Shown: piece by piece, positions 9,779 to 19,202 of the stretch
Numbering within the stretch: the stretch's first letter is position 1
Layout of the letters: every line of letters begins with the position of its first letter
Assembly: GCA_039799905.1 (NCBI GenBank)
Contig: JBDLRP010000042.1
Span: 32,001-96,000, forward strand
Length of the DNA stretch: 64,000 nt
Source of the DNA: Pseudomonadota bacterium
GTDB lineage: Bacteria > Bdellovibrionota_B > Oligoflexia > Silvanigrellales > Silvanigrellaceae
Reading direction: 5' to 3'
The notes under the pieces: model-generated
Told to the model about the DNA's origin: nothing
The model's database searches: none
The model's input: the letters and a program-made list of their open reading frames with translations, nothing else
Translations under genes and position numbers: made by a program

Positions 9779-10924
9779 CTACTTGCCCGCAGGCAGTAGA
9801 ATTTGACCCTCGAGAAAATATTTCAACACTCGCTGATTGAGATCTCGCTCGATGGCATACTGCCGGCCCGGCTTTGTCTTGATTTTTGCGCGAAGCACGA
9901 CAGATGATTCCTTCAACGAATCGACACCCAGCAATTCGGGAGAGGAAATCACTTCATGCGGATATTCGCGCGCAATCGCCAAGACCTGTTCACCGAGAAT
10001 TTGCATGGCCCGCTCGACCTGCTCCCCATAGGCGACAGAAACCCGATAATCGACTTGCGAAAAACCTGAGGTCGCATTTTCGATTCGTTTGATTTCCCCG
10101 TTTGGAATCACAAGCAGAGATCCATCGGACAAACGCAGTTTGGTGCACCGGAGCGTGAGCGTTTCAACTGTGCCCGAACGTGAGTCGATGGTGATGACAT
10201 CACCGACCGCAAACTGATCTTCGAAGAGAATGAAGAATCCGGCCAACAAATCTCGCACAAGTGACTGTGCACCAAAACCGATAGCAACCGAAGCAACACC
10301 CGCGGTTGCAAGAATAGGCGCGACGCTCAGGCCGAGAATCTGCAGACTCATGAGCAGACAAATGACTAAAACTAACGCATTGACAACATAGCTCGACGTA
10401 GTGGTTAGTGTTTCCGCGCGCACTTTGCTGCGAGCATTTGTTAGAAGGGCACGACTCGCCATTCCACCATTGAGCAGCCCACGCATCGCTCCGTGAAGAA
10501 ACCGCGCCGTCCAGACACCACCAATTGCAACTACAACAATCTTGAGCAGAATATCGGCTCCCTGGCGAATCCACACGCCGAGGCGGCGCACATCGTCTGA
10601 CAATCGCGCAGGGTAAGAGCCGTCTCGCAGACTGTTTAAATAATCGGCAAGCTCGCCCAAGCCATATGAAATGAGATTGAGAAACCCAAGGCCAACCAAC
10701 AGCAATGCGAGGCTCTGAATGGAACGTTTCACTGGTTCGCCGTAACGGAGCCAGAACGGCTCTGCGGAGAGAGTTCGCTCAGCGGCCTGCAGACTGTCGT
10801 GCTGACGCTGCGCAAGTTGAATTTTTCTGTCGACCAGTGAGCGCAAAAGCACCGAGATCATCAACGCGAAGATGCCGAGTGCGAGCAGAGTGAGAAAAGG
10901 CACGGCTGCGACGTCCAGTGACAT
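9779..10924 (-). CDS. Small-conductance mechanosensitive channel (MscS/YbiO-like)
   Basis: GVASVAIGFGAQSLVRDLLAGFFILFEDQFAVGD...GTVE...LR...IPNG. Confidence 0.92.
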   Translation of the reverse strand: MSLDVAAVPFLTLLALGIFALMISVLLRSLVDRKIQLAQRQHDSLQAAERTLSAEPFWLRYGEPVKRSIQSLALLLVGLGFLNLISYGLGELADYLNSLRDGSYPARLSDDVRRLGVWIRQGADILLKIVVVAIGGVWTARFLHGAMRGLLNGGMASRALLTNARSKVRAETLTTTSSYVVNALVLVICLLMSLQILGLSVAPILATAGVASVAIGFGAQSLVRDLLAGFFILFEDQFAVGDVITIDSRSGTVETLTLRCTKLRLSDGSLLVIPNGEIKRIENATSGFSQVDYRVSVAYGEQVERAMQILGEQVLAIAREYPHEVISSPELLGVDSLKESSVVLRAKIKTKPGRQYAIERDLNQRVLKYFLEGQILLPAGK

Positions 10925-10961
10925 GATCTAAGTATCCCGCAGTGAGTCAATTATCAGGAAA

Positions 10962-11630
10962 TCAAGAACTCGCCGTTTCATCGGTCAGCTGCTGAGCCCG
11001 CGCTGCAGCACGCAGTCGATACCACTTGATAGCGATTGGCATGACAGAAACGATGACTATTCCGACGACGATCACATGAATGTAGTCTTTGATGCCGGGG
11101 ACAGACTGACCAAGCAGGTAACCAGCAAATAGCAACGACCAAATCCAAACAAACGCACCCACGACGTTGTACAACGCAAAACTGCGGTAAGGCATCCCAG
11201 CCACTCCTGCGACCGTGGGTGCAAACGTGCGGATGATGGGAATAAAGCGTGCCAGAATGATTGTTTTACCACCATGCTTATCGTAAAAATCGCGCGTTTG
11301 ATCGAGATGTGAGCGTTTGAAGAGCATAGAATCCGGCCTATCATAAAGCTTTGTCCCGAGCTTCTTGCCGATCCAATAGCCTGTTGCATCGCCTATGATG
11401 GCTGCGGCGGTCAGCAACCAGACCAACGGCCAGATCTCCATGTGCCCGCCAGCAGCGAACAGTCCCGCCGAGAAGAGCAAAGAGTCCCCTGGCAAAAAGA
11501 AACCAATCAACAAACCTGTTTCGGCGAAGATTATCGCCGTCAACCCAACCATCCCCGCGCTCGCAATCAGTGTTTGCGGAGCCTTGAGATATGTCAGCAT
11601 CGTTTGCAGCAATTCAGAGAAAGTTTCCAT
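10962..11630 (-). CDS. dedA: DedA/VTT-family membrane protein
   Basis: FAETGLLIGFFLPGDSLLF, GD..GY.IG and ARFIPIIRTFAP motifs. Confidence 0.9.
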   Translation of the reverse strand: METFSELLQTMLTYLKAPQTLIASAGMVGLTAIIFAETGLLIGFFLPGDSLLFSAGLFAAGGHMEIWPLVWLLTAAAIIGDATGYWIGKKLGTKLYDRPDSMLFKRSHLDQTRDFYDKHGGKTIILARFIPIIRTFAPTVAGVAGMPYRSFALYNVVGAFVWIWSLLFAGYLLGQSVPGIKDYIHVIVVGIVIVSVMPIAIKWYRLRAAARAQQLTDETASS

Positions 11631-11721
11631 GCAGATTCTCCGCGTTTCAAGTATGAGCACAAGGTAAGAGGGAACAAGCGCGCACCTTTGGCAAGCGCTC
11701 TACTGTAACGGTTTGGCGGGC

Positions 11722-12948
11722 TTAGAGCAAGAATGCAACATTCAAGCCAAGGGTCGAATAGAGTTCGGCCAAGCCGCCCTCGTTTTTGCCATCGGGAAAC
11801 AGCGCGCGACCAGAGAAACTCTCCACTGCGAGATCAAGTCCGACCTGCAGCTTTGCAAACAGATAGTTGAAACTCGTGTCGATGAGAAAGATGCGTGGTG
11901 CAGTCACAGAGCCCGTCGCACTCGGACCATTCAGCGCCGCGTCAGGCAAACGGTTGTCAATAACATAGGTGGGTGCCAAAAGCGTGCCTGCATTCAATCG
12001 GACACGAAATGTATCAACCGGCTGAAATTGAAGCCCGCCAAGAAAATAAAAACCGCCCAGATTCAAATCGCGCAGCGGGGACAATTCAAATGGCTTGCTC
12101 TCGTTCTCGGGCGTCTGAACGAACTTCGAGATGCTGCTCGTCAGACGGTGATAATAATACCCCGTGCGGCTGTCCAAAAATAAGCGACCTTTCCACAGAG
12201 GAACACGCGCAAGCACTCCACCACGCCACGTCAAGCGGCTCAGTCCCAGGTCCAGTCCCACCTCCTGACCCGACGTCAGAGATGGAGCTGTGACACGGAC
12301 ATCAGTGAGAGAAGTCACATAGCGAAATCCGCCCTCAAGACCAAAAATGCTCTTCCAATTGACCACTGAAGGGCTACGTGGCGGCAGCGTGAACGAAAAC
12401 GGAAAGACATCGGCGGACATCCCAAAGGACTGCAGGACGAGAGGATACGATTCGATGGTCGTCGCGCGCGAAGTGCCTTTCAAGGCAGAAGAAACGATAC
12501 CCCCGCCCGCAGCAATGACAGTGCGGATCATGGGAGGTGGACCACTGCGACGACCTACACGACTGACAGGCTCATTCGACTTTGCAACAATGAAGCCGCC
12601 TAAAAATCGCCGGCAATCCGAGCGGGAATCCACCACACGCGCTGTGACGCGATTTTCCAGAAACTTCAAGAGGACGACTTGCCCAATCACGTTGCCGGAT
12701 GAGGCACCGCTGCCCTTCCGAACAACATTCACGACGTCGCCGATGTTGGCGTCGACGCTGCCACGAATTAAAAGTTTACAACGTGCTTCGCGAATGACCT
12801 GACCATTGAGATTGGCATTTGCAGGAAAACAATAACCACACAGCGCGAGAAGAACCGCAGTCGCACGCAGCAATCTGCCGAGCGCTGCACGGTACTTTAC
12901 AAACTTCACTCTGCGGCACCCAACTTCCAAGTCACACCAAGCAGCCAT
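11722..12948 (-). CDS. Secreted hypothetical protein with a small N-terminal beta domain and probable C-terminal outer-membrane beta-barrel
   Basis: Signal peptide ending FPANA, amphipathic beta strands and C-terminus LGLNVAFLL. The true start is probably near 12903. Confidence 0.6.
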   Translation of the reverse strand: MAAWCDLEVGCRRVKFVKYRAALGRLLRATAVLLALCGYCFPANANLNGQVIREARCKLLIRGSVDANIGDVVNVVRKGSGASSGNVIGQVVLLKFLENRVTARVVDSRSDCRRFLGGFIVAKSNEPVSRVGRRSGPPPMIRTVIAAGGGIVSSALKGTSRATTIESYPLVLQSFGMSADVFPFSFTLPPRSPSVVNWKSIFGLEGGFRYVTSLTDVRVTAPSLTSGQEVGLDLGLSRLTWRGGVLARVPLWKGRLFLDSRTGYYYHRLTSSISKFVQTPENESKPFELSPLRDLNLGGFYFLGGLQFQPVDTFRVRLNAGTLLAPTYVIDNRLPDAALNGPSATGSVTAPRIFLIDTSFNYLFAKLQVGLDLAVESFSGRALFPDGKNEGGLAELYSTLGLNVAFLL

Positions 12949-14627
12949 TCGGTCCAGCGGTCTCCATCATTGATATACCGCCACTGCACGCCCAGTTCAC
13001 GCGGAGCGGGCGCACCGGGGTGAACATCGATGGCCGCCTCGAATGCAAATGCGCCAGCAAGCAGTCCGGTGAGCGACTGTTTATATTCAATTCCCAATCC
13101 CCAACCACCTTCCAAAGCGCGGTCGGTCGAGAGCGTTCCGAACAACTCGAAGGCGTCGAACGTTTTTTTACTCTTCTCAGTTTTAACTGAACCGGTGCTG
13201 TATTGTGCCTCGCCACCCCAATTGATAGGGAACTCGGGAATCTGAAGAGTGCTTGCAGGAGCGCTGCCTCCACCCTTAAAGCTGAATCTGCTGCCATCAA
13301 TAGGACCAGAAAATGCAGCATACTCGGCACCGTAACGAATATTCCATTCGCCTGCGTAACGGAAACCGTCTTGCAGGGAAAAGGTGTTGAGCAGATAATC
13401 CGGCAATGTCGAGACAACCGGCCCCTTGCTCAATTCAAGTGTGCCGTTTGAAGCGGCGGCTGCAATCTTCATCGTCGAAAAGAAGGTATCGTTGTCGCGC
13501 TTAAAAGACGGCATCGGAAAAGAACTCGGCGCAGCCATCGCGACCGATGGAGCGGAGCGCAGAGCCTCGGAGTCTTTCGACGCTGCCGCAGCCCCAGCTG
13601 ACTTTTGCATACCCGGAGCAGTTGCAGGCGAAACCAACGATTCGCGAGGGGTGAATCCAGCAGCACCGGCATCAGCCCGAGTTGCAGAATTTGAAACCGG
13701 CTTCCAAACACCCGACGCTACGCTGGCTGAATCATTTGAATCACGCCAGACGAGAAGTTGAAACTTGCGATCAGTGCCGCTGCCGTAGGCTGATTCCGCC
13801 TGTTTGATGAGATCAGGATCAAGGGACACCTTTCTCGCTAGCGAAGCGCCCTGCTTCACATCCACAACCTCGATTTCATAAAGTGCGTGACGCTGGTACC
13901 GGAGAACTTCGCCGGTTTGAGGATGCGCCGCCGACTGAACAACGAGTCCCGCCTTCAAGCGCTGACCCACGACCAATCCGCGTTCACTGCCAAAATCAAT
14001 TCCGAACATTTCGGGGTTTTCAAAAACAACGCGGCCGTCGTGTCCAATGGTTTCAGACAAACGTCCGACCGCCTGTGCAAAACCGTTTGCCAGTGTCTCC
14101 CAATCGGCACCGTAAGGTAACAAAACGTCCTCGCGCGCTATGACAGGCTTGAGTTGAGAACCCATCATCGTCAAGCGGATTGCCGTGTGATCGGCGGTAA
14201 AATACACATCCGCCTTGAGCCAACCGTCCAAATCGTATTCACTGACCAACTGAGAACGCTGAAATGAAGACATTTCGCCGCCCGACTGTGAACGCCCGGA
14301 AACGGCTTCCGAAGGGATGGCGTCCATGGTCCAAAACCGACCCGAAGCATCTGCGACTGCCTTCAGCGCTGTGTTGAATTTCTGCGCAAAGTCGTCTGCT
14401 GCAAGCGGCTGAGCAAGTATTCCACGGAGAATAGTTTGATCGGAGAGTGTGCGGCGCGCATCAGCCACGTTCTGCACAACGGGCAGAAGTCCCAAACGCC
14501 TGACGGGTTGCATTGCAGGGCGCCGGTCAAAGCGCGATTTGTCTGAGAAGGCGCGCGCCACCGAGGGCTCTGCAAGCTGCACGACAGCTGCCGCTGCGCA
14601 CAGCAAAACGAGTTTCGATTTCATCAT
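12906..14627 (-). CDS. Secreted hypothetical protein with a FlgT-C-like middle domain and probable beta-barrel C-terminus
   Basis: Signal peptide ending VARA, motif DGRVV...IDFGSERGLVVG, Ala/Ser linker, then beta strands ending LGVTWKLG. A GAGGAG SD lies upstream. Confidence 0.6.
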   Translation of the reverse strand: MMKSKLVLLCAAAAVVQLAEPSVARAFSDKSRFDRRPAMQPVRRLGLLPVVQNVADARRTLSDQTILRGILAQPLAADDFAQKFNTALKAVADASGRFWTMDAIPSEAVSGRSQSGGEMSSFQRSQLVSEYDLDGWLKADVYFTADHTAIRLTMMGSQLKPVIAREDVLLPYGADWETLANGFAQAVGRLSETIGHDGRVVFENPEMFGIDFGSERGLVVGQRLKAGLVVQSAAHPQTGEVLRYQRHALYEIEVVDVKQGASLARKVSLDPDLIKQAESAYGSGTDRKFQLLVWRDSNDSASVASGVWKPVSNSATRADAGAAGFTPRESLVSPATAPGMQKSAGAAAASKDSEALRSAPSVAMAAPSSFPMPSFKRDNDTFFSTMKIAAAASNGTLELSKGPVVSTLPDYLLNTFSLQDGFRYAGEWNIRYGAEYAAFSGPIDGSRFSFKGGGSAPASTLQIPEFPINWGGEAQYSTGSVKTEKSKKTFDAFELFGTLSTDRALEGGWGLGIEYKQSLTGLLAGAFAFEAAIDVHPGAPAPRELGVQWRYINDGDRWTEWLLGVTWKLGAAE

Positions 14628-14748
14628 TGCAGCTCCTCTTGTTCCTCGAATTTTACTAAGAAATTAACATTCATCCATATCAATCCGCTATTTTGACGGG
14701 CCGACGCAAAATTGGCAGGATGATAGAAATGTCTCCGGAGAACCCGCT

Positions 14749-15390
14749 TTGAAAGTTGGTAAGGCCATAAGACGGTTGCTCACCGTGACTGCTCTTTCTG
14801 TTATTGGTTTAGTATTATTAACCAATCTTATAATTATTGTTAAATTACCAATCTTCGCAAAGCCTGTGCTGCCTGAATTCTCCTCAAACACGGACCCAAA
14901 CCAACGCCCCACCGTTATCGTGCTTGGAGCAGGTGTCCGCCGCAGGGAGCTTTCGGGAATGTTGCGCTGCCGTATGCTCAAGGCCATTGAATTGTACAAC
15001 AACCAACGCTCGACACGCGTGCTGCTCTCGGGCGACGGCACCGATCCGCACTACAACGAGACCACGGCGATGCGAAAATTTGCTCTGCAAAATGGAATCA
15101 ACGCCGATGCTCTGCTGACCGACCCTTTGGGCTTTTCAACTTATGATTCCCTGCGCAGGGCAATCGAGGTGTTCGGCATTCGTTCGGCAATGATTGTCAG
15201 TCAGGACTTTCACCTGCAGCGTGCTATTTGGCTGGCAAACAGTTTTGGAATTCAGGCAAGCGGGGAATCGTGTGATTCTAAAAGTTCTTCCTACTTCTAC
15301 GATTTCCGCGAAATTCTTGCCCGCTGCAAAGACGTTTTTCTGCGCTGGTTCGACTTCGCTCCGCGCAGCAATCGGGAAGAAATATTCTAA
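14749..15390 (+). CDS. SanA/YdcF/ElyC (DUF218) family protein
   Basis: N-terminal TM helix, IVLGAG, LLSGD, E..AM, D..GFSTYDS, VSQDFHLQRA and REILAR.K motifs. Confidence 0.88.
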   Translation: MKVGKAIRRLLTVTALSVIGLVLLTNLIIIVKLPIFAKPVLPEFSSNTDPNQRPTVIVLGAGVRRRELSGMLRCRMLKAIELYNNQRSTRVLLSGDGTDPHYNETTAMRKFALQNGINADALLTDPLGFSTYDSLRRAIEVFGIRSAMIVSQDFHLQRAIWLANSFGIQASGESCDSKSSSYFYDFREILARCKDVFLRWFDFAPRSNREEIF

Positions 15391-15395
15391 CTGGA

Positions 15396-17498
15396 TTAAA
15401 GAGCTTTTCCGCGCGTCAATGCATTACGCAACGTGCCGGCTTTGACGATTCCCTTGCGCGATGTGTCCCTGAGATAGGCCTCGCGACTGATTTTGACCGC
15501 CCGAACCACGTCGGGCAGCACTTCGGTCGAACGATTTTTTGAATTCCAATGTGTGATGCGCGCTTTCACATTTTTTCCGTCGGCGGCTTCGGTCACAACA
15601 GCAAGCGCAGCCAGTTCAGTGAGTCGGGCACCATCGTCGAAAGCCTCTCCCTGCTGATAGAACGCAATCGGCATATCAGCTTTCAGACCAAACTGCCGCC
15701 CGCCGGTAAAGGAAAGCGTCACGACCTGTTCCTTCTGCTGAACAAGCGAGGCTTCAAAAGGAAGCGACTCAATCAGCGCATCAAAGGACTTGCGCGCCTG
15801 ACTTTCAGGAGCCACCGAACGGGCCGCGTCGTGAAGTCCTTTTTGCTCAAAAAACTCTCTCCCCAGTGAATCAATCGCCGATAATTTAACAGTCCCATTC
15901 TGCTCGTCGTAATTCAGCGAAAGCAGCAGATCCCACTCACCATCGAGATGAGTTCCGCTCCAGCCCCGCGAAACGACTTCAGACAAACTTTCACCGGCCG
16001 CGGCAATGCGCGATTCCGACTCGGCAGAAACAACAGTCCTCACAGTCTGCAACTGCATCAGACGCGCGATGAAATCACGCCGCCAGCGGCGCACATCAGG
16101 ATGCTTGACGACACCCTGAAAACTTCGGCCCGATGAACGCTCAACTATCGCCAAGGCAGGCAAATACGTTTGTTCCTGAGAAACAAAATAAGTGAGCGGT
16201 TCGGCATTTGCAGATTTTGCATCGTCCGGAGAGACGGCAAATTCATTGGGCCGCGCGCCGCGCACGCGGACGGCGGAGACGAACTGCGAGGGTGTTTTCG
16301 TATTGTTGTAAATTGCGAAACCGTCGGCAGCCGAAACTGCCAACTTACTCAAAGGAGAAAAGAGTTCAAAGTGCTCAACCTTACGCAACACTCCATAAGC
16401 TTCCTGCTGAACCAAAACCCCGTGGCCGCTGCCGCTTTGCAAATCGACACGCACCGTCCCCGCGCCCGTTTGTCCGTTTAAATTGACCGCGAAAGACTTT
16501 GGCGCGCAGCAGGGATGAAAAACGGTGAGACTCTCACCAATAAACTCGCGCGGAATACGCGTCTCGAATGTGCCATCAGCAGCCGTGTCACCGAGTTCCC
16601 GCACGCGGTTGTCGCGCAGACGGCTCATGAATATCTTTGCTGCTGGCAAACTCTTCCCTTCATGATTCGCAACAACCTTCAAGACAAAGCGATTGAGCAT
16701 CGTGTTCGGACTGACACTGTTTGACGGTTCAGCGCCAACACTCTGTGACGGAGCTGCTTTCAAGACACTTTCAGTGAGTGCAGGTGCAACTGGCGTTTGT
16801 TCAGTTTGCTCGCGCTGCTTCCATGGCCCGGCAGTCTGCATACGAACTCGCGGAGGAGCCGCATCAAGGCCATCGAGCGCACAGAAGCGATCAGTAAATC
16901 CGCTTATATTGCAACTCAAATACGCGCGCATTTGCTGAGGGCTTGTGGCAAAGAGTTCGCTTGGTGCACTTTCATCGCGCTGCGGTGCAGACGTCTCATC
17001 GCTGGCCGCGAGGGTTTCTTCACGCAGTGACGGCGCATCACCGCCCGCAATCTCGGCAGGCGCGCCTGCCTGCTGATCTCCAACCGGAACATCGATTGGT
17101 GAACGCAATTCAGAGCCGCCTGCTGTGTCCAGCGGTCCATCTTTGACAATCGGCAATAGAACATCGAGCTGGGTGGTTTTTTTGAACGGATTCCAGCTCA
17201 CGTTTGCGCGCAAAGTCTGCGATAAATGCAATCGTTCAAGCGAAGGGTCAGACACTGTTACCAACGAGTCGTCAAGCTCATAGCGGCGTCCGCCCAGCCG
17301 CACCACTCCGGCTGCGTCGGTCAACAAGACGTCCTGATCATCCAGAGCGACCCACACGCCCGCAATCGGACCTTCGCTGTCGACGACACGGACCTGCAGG
17401 GTGTGAGGCATGAGCGCAACCTTCGCGCCAACGCCAGCAACGACGGTAAAAATTCCAGCCGTTCCGCCCAGTAACCACATCAGCCTAGACTGATTCAT
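15396..17498 (-). CDS. Membrane-anchored or secreted hypothetical protein (about 700 aa) with transthyretin-like repeats and a C-terminal FlgT-C-like region
   Basis: Starts MNQSRLMWLLGG with a hydrophobic helix. Contains VRVVDSEGPIAGV...TDAAG, G.T.ADG.F and LPFEASLV...GGRQFGLKAD. The ORF-track extension to 18098 overlaps gltX and is not credible. Confidence 0.65.
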   Translation of the reverse strand: MNQSRLMWLLGGTAGIFTVVAGVGAKVALMPHTLQVRVVDSEGPIAGVWVALDDQDVLLTDAAGVVRLGGRRYELDDSLVTVSDPSLERLHLSQTLRANVSWNPFKKTTQLDVLLPIVKDGPLDTAGGSELRSPIDVPVGDQQAGAPAEIAGGDAPSLREETLAASDETSAPQRDESAPSELFATSPQQMRAYLSCNISGFTDRFCALDGLDAAPPRVRMQTAGPWKQREQTEQTPVAPALTESVLKAAPSQSVGAEPSNSVSPNTMLNRFVLKVVANHEGKSLPAAKIFMSRLRDNRVRELGDTAADGTFETRIPREFIGESLTVFHPCCAPKSFAVNLNGQTGAGTVRVDLQSGSGHGVLVQQEAYGVLRKVEHFELFSPLSKLAVSAADGFAIYNNTKTPSQFVSAVRVRGARPNEFAVSPDDAKSANAEPLTYFVSQEQTYLPALAIVERSSGRSFQGVVKHPDVRRWRRDFIARLMQLQTVRTVVSAESESRIAAAGESLSEVVSRGWSGTHLDGEWDLLLSLNYDEQNGTVKLSAIDSLGREFFEQKGLHDAARSVAPESQARKSFDALIESLPFEASLVQQKEQVVTLSFTGGRQFGLKADMPIAFYQQGEAFDDGARLTELAALAVVTEAADGKNVKARITHWNSKNRSTEVLPDVVRAVKISREAYLRDTSRKGIVKAGTLRNALTRGKAL

Positions 17499-17684
17499 CC
17501 GGACGCGCCCCCTCAGTTTGAACCGAACCGCGGCAGCGGACCAGTCGATGCTCTGATTGTACGCGATCACGCATCGCAATGGGTTACAGGTGTGGCATTC
17601 ATGACTCCTGCCCGCTCGCGTTGCCAAAGCGCTCTGAAGCGTGCAATAGTTCAGCTTTCTTATGATTTTATTGCCGAGGAAAGC

Positions 17685-19199
17685 ATGACCACGAGCAACA
17701 CACGACCAGTCCGAGTCCGTATCGCCCCGAGTCCGACCGGTGATCCTCATATCGGCACCGCATACATTGCGCTCTTCAACTACGTATTCGCCAAAAAACA
17801 TGGCGGAAAATTTATTGTCCGAATCGAAGACACCGATCAAACACGCTTCCGCAAAGACAGTGAAGGGATGATTCTCGACTGTCTGCGCTGGGTCGGTCTG
17901 CCTTGGGATGAAGGCCCCGACGTGGGCGGTCCGCATGCACCCTACCGGCAAAGTGAACGCACTCAGCTTTACCGCGAATATGCGCAGGTGCTGCTCAACA
18001 AGGGTCACGCGTACCGATGCTTCTGCTCGGGTGAACGGCTCGATCAGGTGCGTAAGGAACGCATGGCACAAAAGCAACAAGGTGGTTACGACCGTCATTG
18101 CCGCGAACTGGCTCAGGACGTTGTCGAGCAGAAATTGAAAAGCGGAGCCGCATTCACTATCCGGATGAAAATGCCGACGGGCGGAAGTACGAGCTTCAAT
18201 GATGGTCTGCGCGGCATTGTGTCATTCGAGAACGACGGCATCGATGATCAGGTTTTGCTCAAAAGTGACGGCTTTCCCACCTACCATCTCGCCAACGTCG
18301 TCGACGACCACGAAATGCAAATTTCGCACGTCATCCGCGGCGAGGAGTGGATCTCTTCAACGCCCAAGCACGTTGTCCTTTATGACATGTTCGGCTGGCA
18401 GCGTCCTGAATTCACGCATCTTCCGCTGCTGAGAAATGCAGACAAAAGCAAAATTTCGAAGCGCAAACAGCCAACCAGCATTAATTACTACCGACGCAAA
18501 GGTATTCTTCCAGACGCGCTGCGCAACTACCTTGCCCTGATGGGCTGGAGCTACGGCGACGACAAGGAAATTTTTTCGACTCAGGACATGATTGAACACT
18601 TCTCCATCGAGCGCATGACCCTCGGCGGACCTGTTTTTGATCTCGAAAAACTCGCATGGCTCAACGGCCATTATATGCGTTCATTGCCGACCAATCAGTA
18701 CGTCGGACATCTGCGCAAAGAAATTTTCTCGGAAGAAAATCTTGCACTGATCGTACCGCTCATCCGCGACCGCATCGAAAAATTTGAAGACTTTATTGGT
18801 GCAACACACTTTTTCTTTTCGGGCGACTTGAAGTACGACGCACAGCTTCTGCTGCCCAAAGGCCGTTCGCCTGCCGACACGGCACAGGTTTTGAGCGACG
18901 CGCTTGACGCTCTCGAAGTTCTTGAAACATGGAACGTCGCCGACATTACGGCTGCGATGGAGTCATTCCTCACCGCGAAAAATCTCAAGGCCAAGGATGT
19001 CTACATGCCGCTGCGGGTTGCAACGACGGGCGCCAGAGAAACACCGCCGCTGTTCGATTCCATGGCCGTCATCGGCAAGGAAATGGTCCGGCGGCGCATC
19101 CGCTGCGCAGTAGCGAACCTAAACACAATGCAGATTCCGGAGAGCACGCAGGCTCCGGCCGCAAACGACAAAAGCAAGCCAACAGCAGGGAAACACTGA
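17685..19199 (+). CDS. gltX: Glutamate--tRNA ligase
   Basis: [14 protein letters not shown] (HIGH), RIEDTD, YRQSER, CFC...[16 protein letters not shown] and KISKR (KMSKS-like). ATG 17685 follows GAGGA. Confidence 0.97.
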   Translation: MTTSNTRPVRVRIAPSPTGDPHIGTAYIALFNYVFAKKHGGKFIVRIEDTDQTRFRKDSEGMILDCLRWVGLPWDEGPDVGGPHAPYRQSERTQLYREYAQVLLNKGHAYRCFCSGERLDQVRKERMAQKQQGGYDRHCRELAQDVVEQKLKSGAAFTIRMKMPTGGSTSFNDGLRGIVSFENDGIDDQVLLKSDGFPTYHLANVVDDHEMQISHVIRGEEWISSTPKHVVLYDMFGWQRPEFTHLPLLRNADKSKISKRKQPTSINYYRRKGILPDALRNYLALMGWSYGDDKEIFSTQDMIEHFSIERMTLGGPVFDLEKLAWLNGHYMRSLPTNQYVGHLRKEIFSEENLALIVPLIRDRIEKFEDFIGATHFFFSGDLKYDAQLLLPKGRSPADTAQVLSDALDALEVLETWNVADITAAMESFLTAKNLKAKDVYMPLRVATTGARETPPLFDSMAVIGKEMVRRRIRCAVANLNTMQIPESTQAPAANDKSKPTAGKH

Positions 19200-19202
19200 A
19201 AC

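Noticed and set aside
17499..18098. N-terminal 200 aa of the 900-aa ORF 15396..18098
   Set aside because: It is antisense to conserved gltX, and a signal-anchor start exists at 17498.
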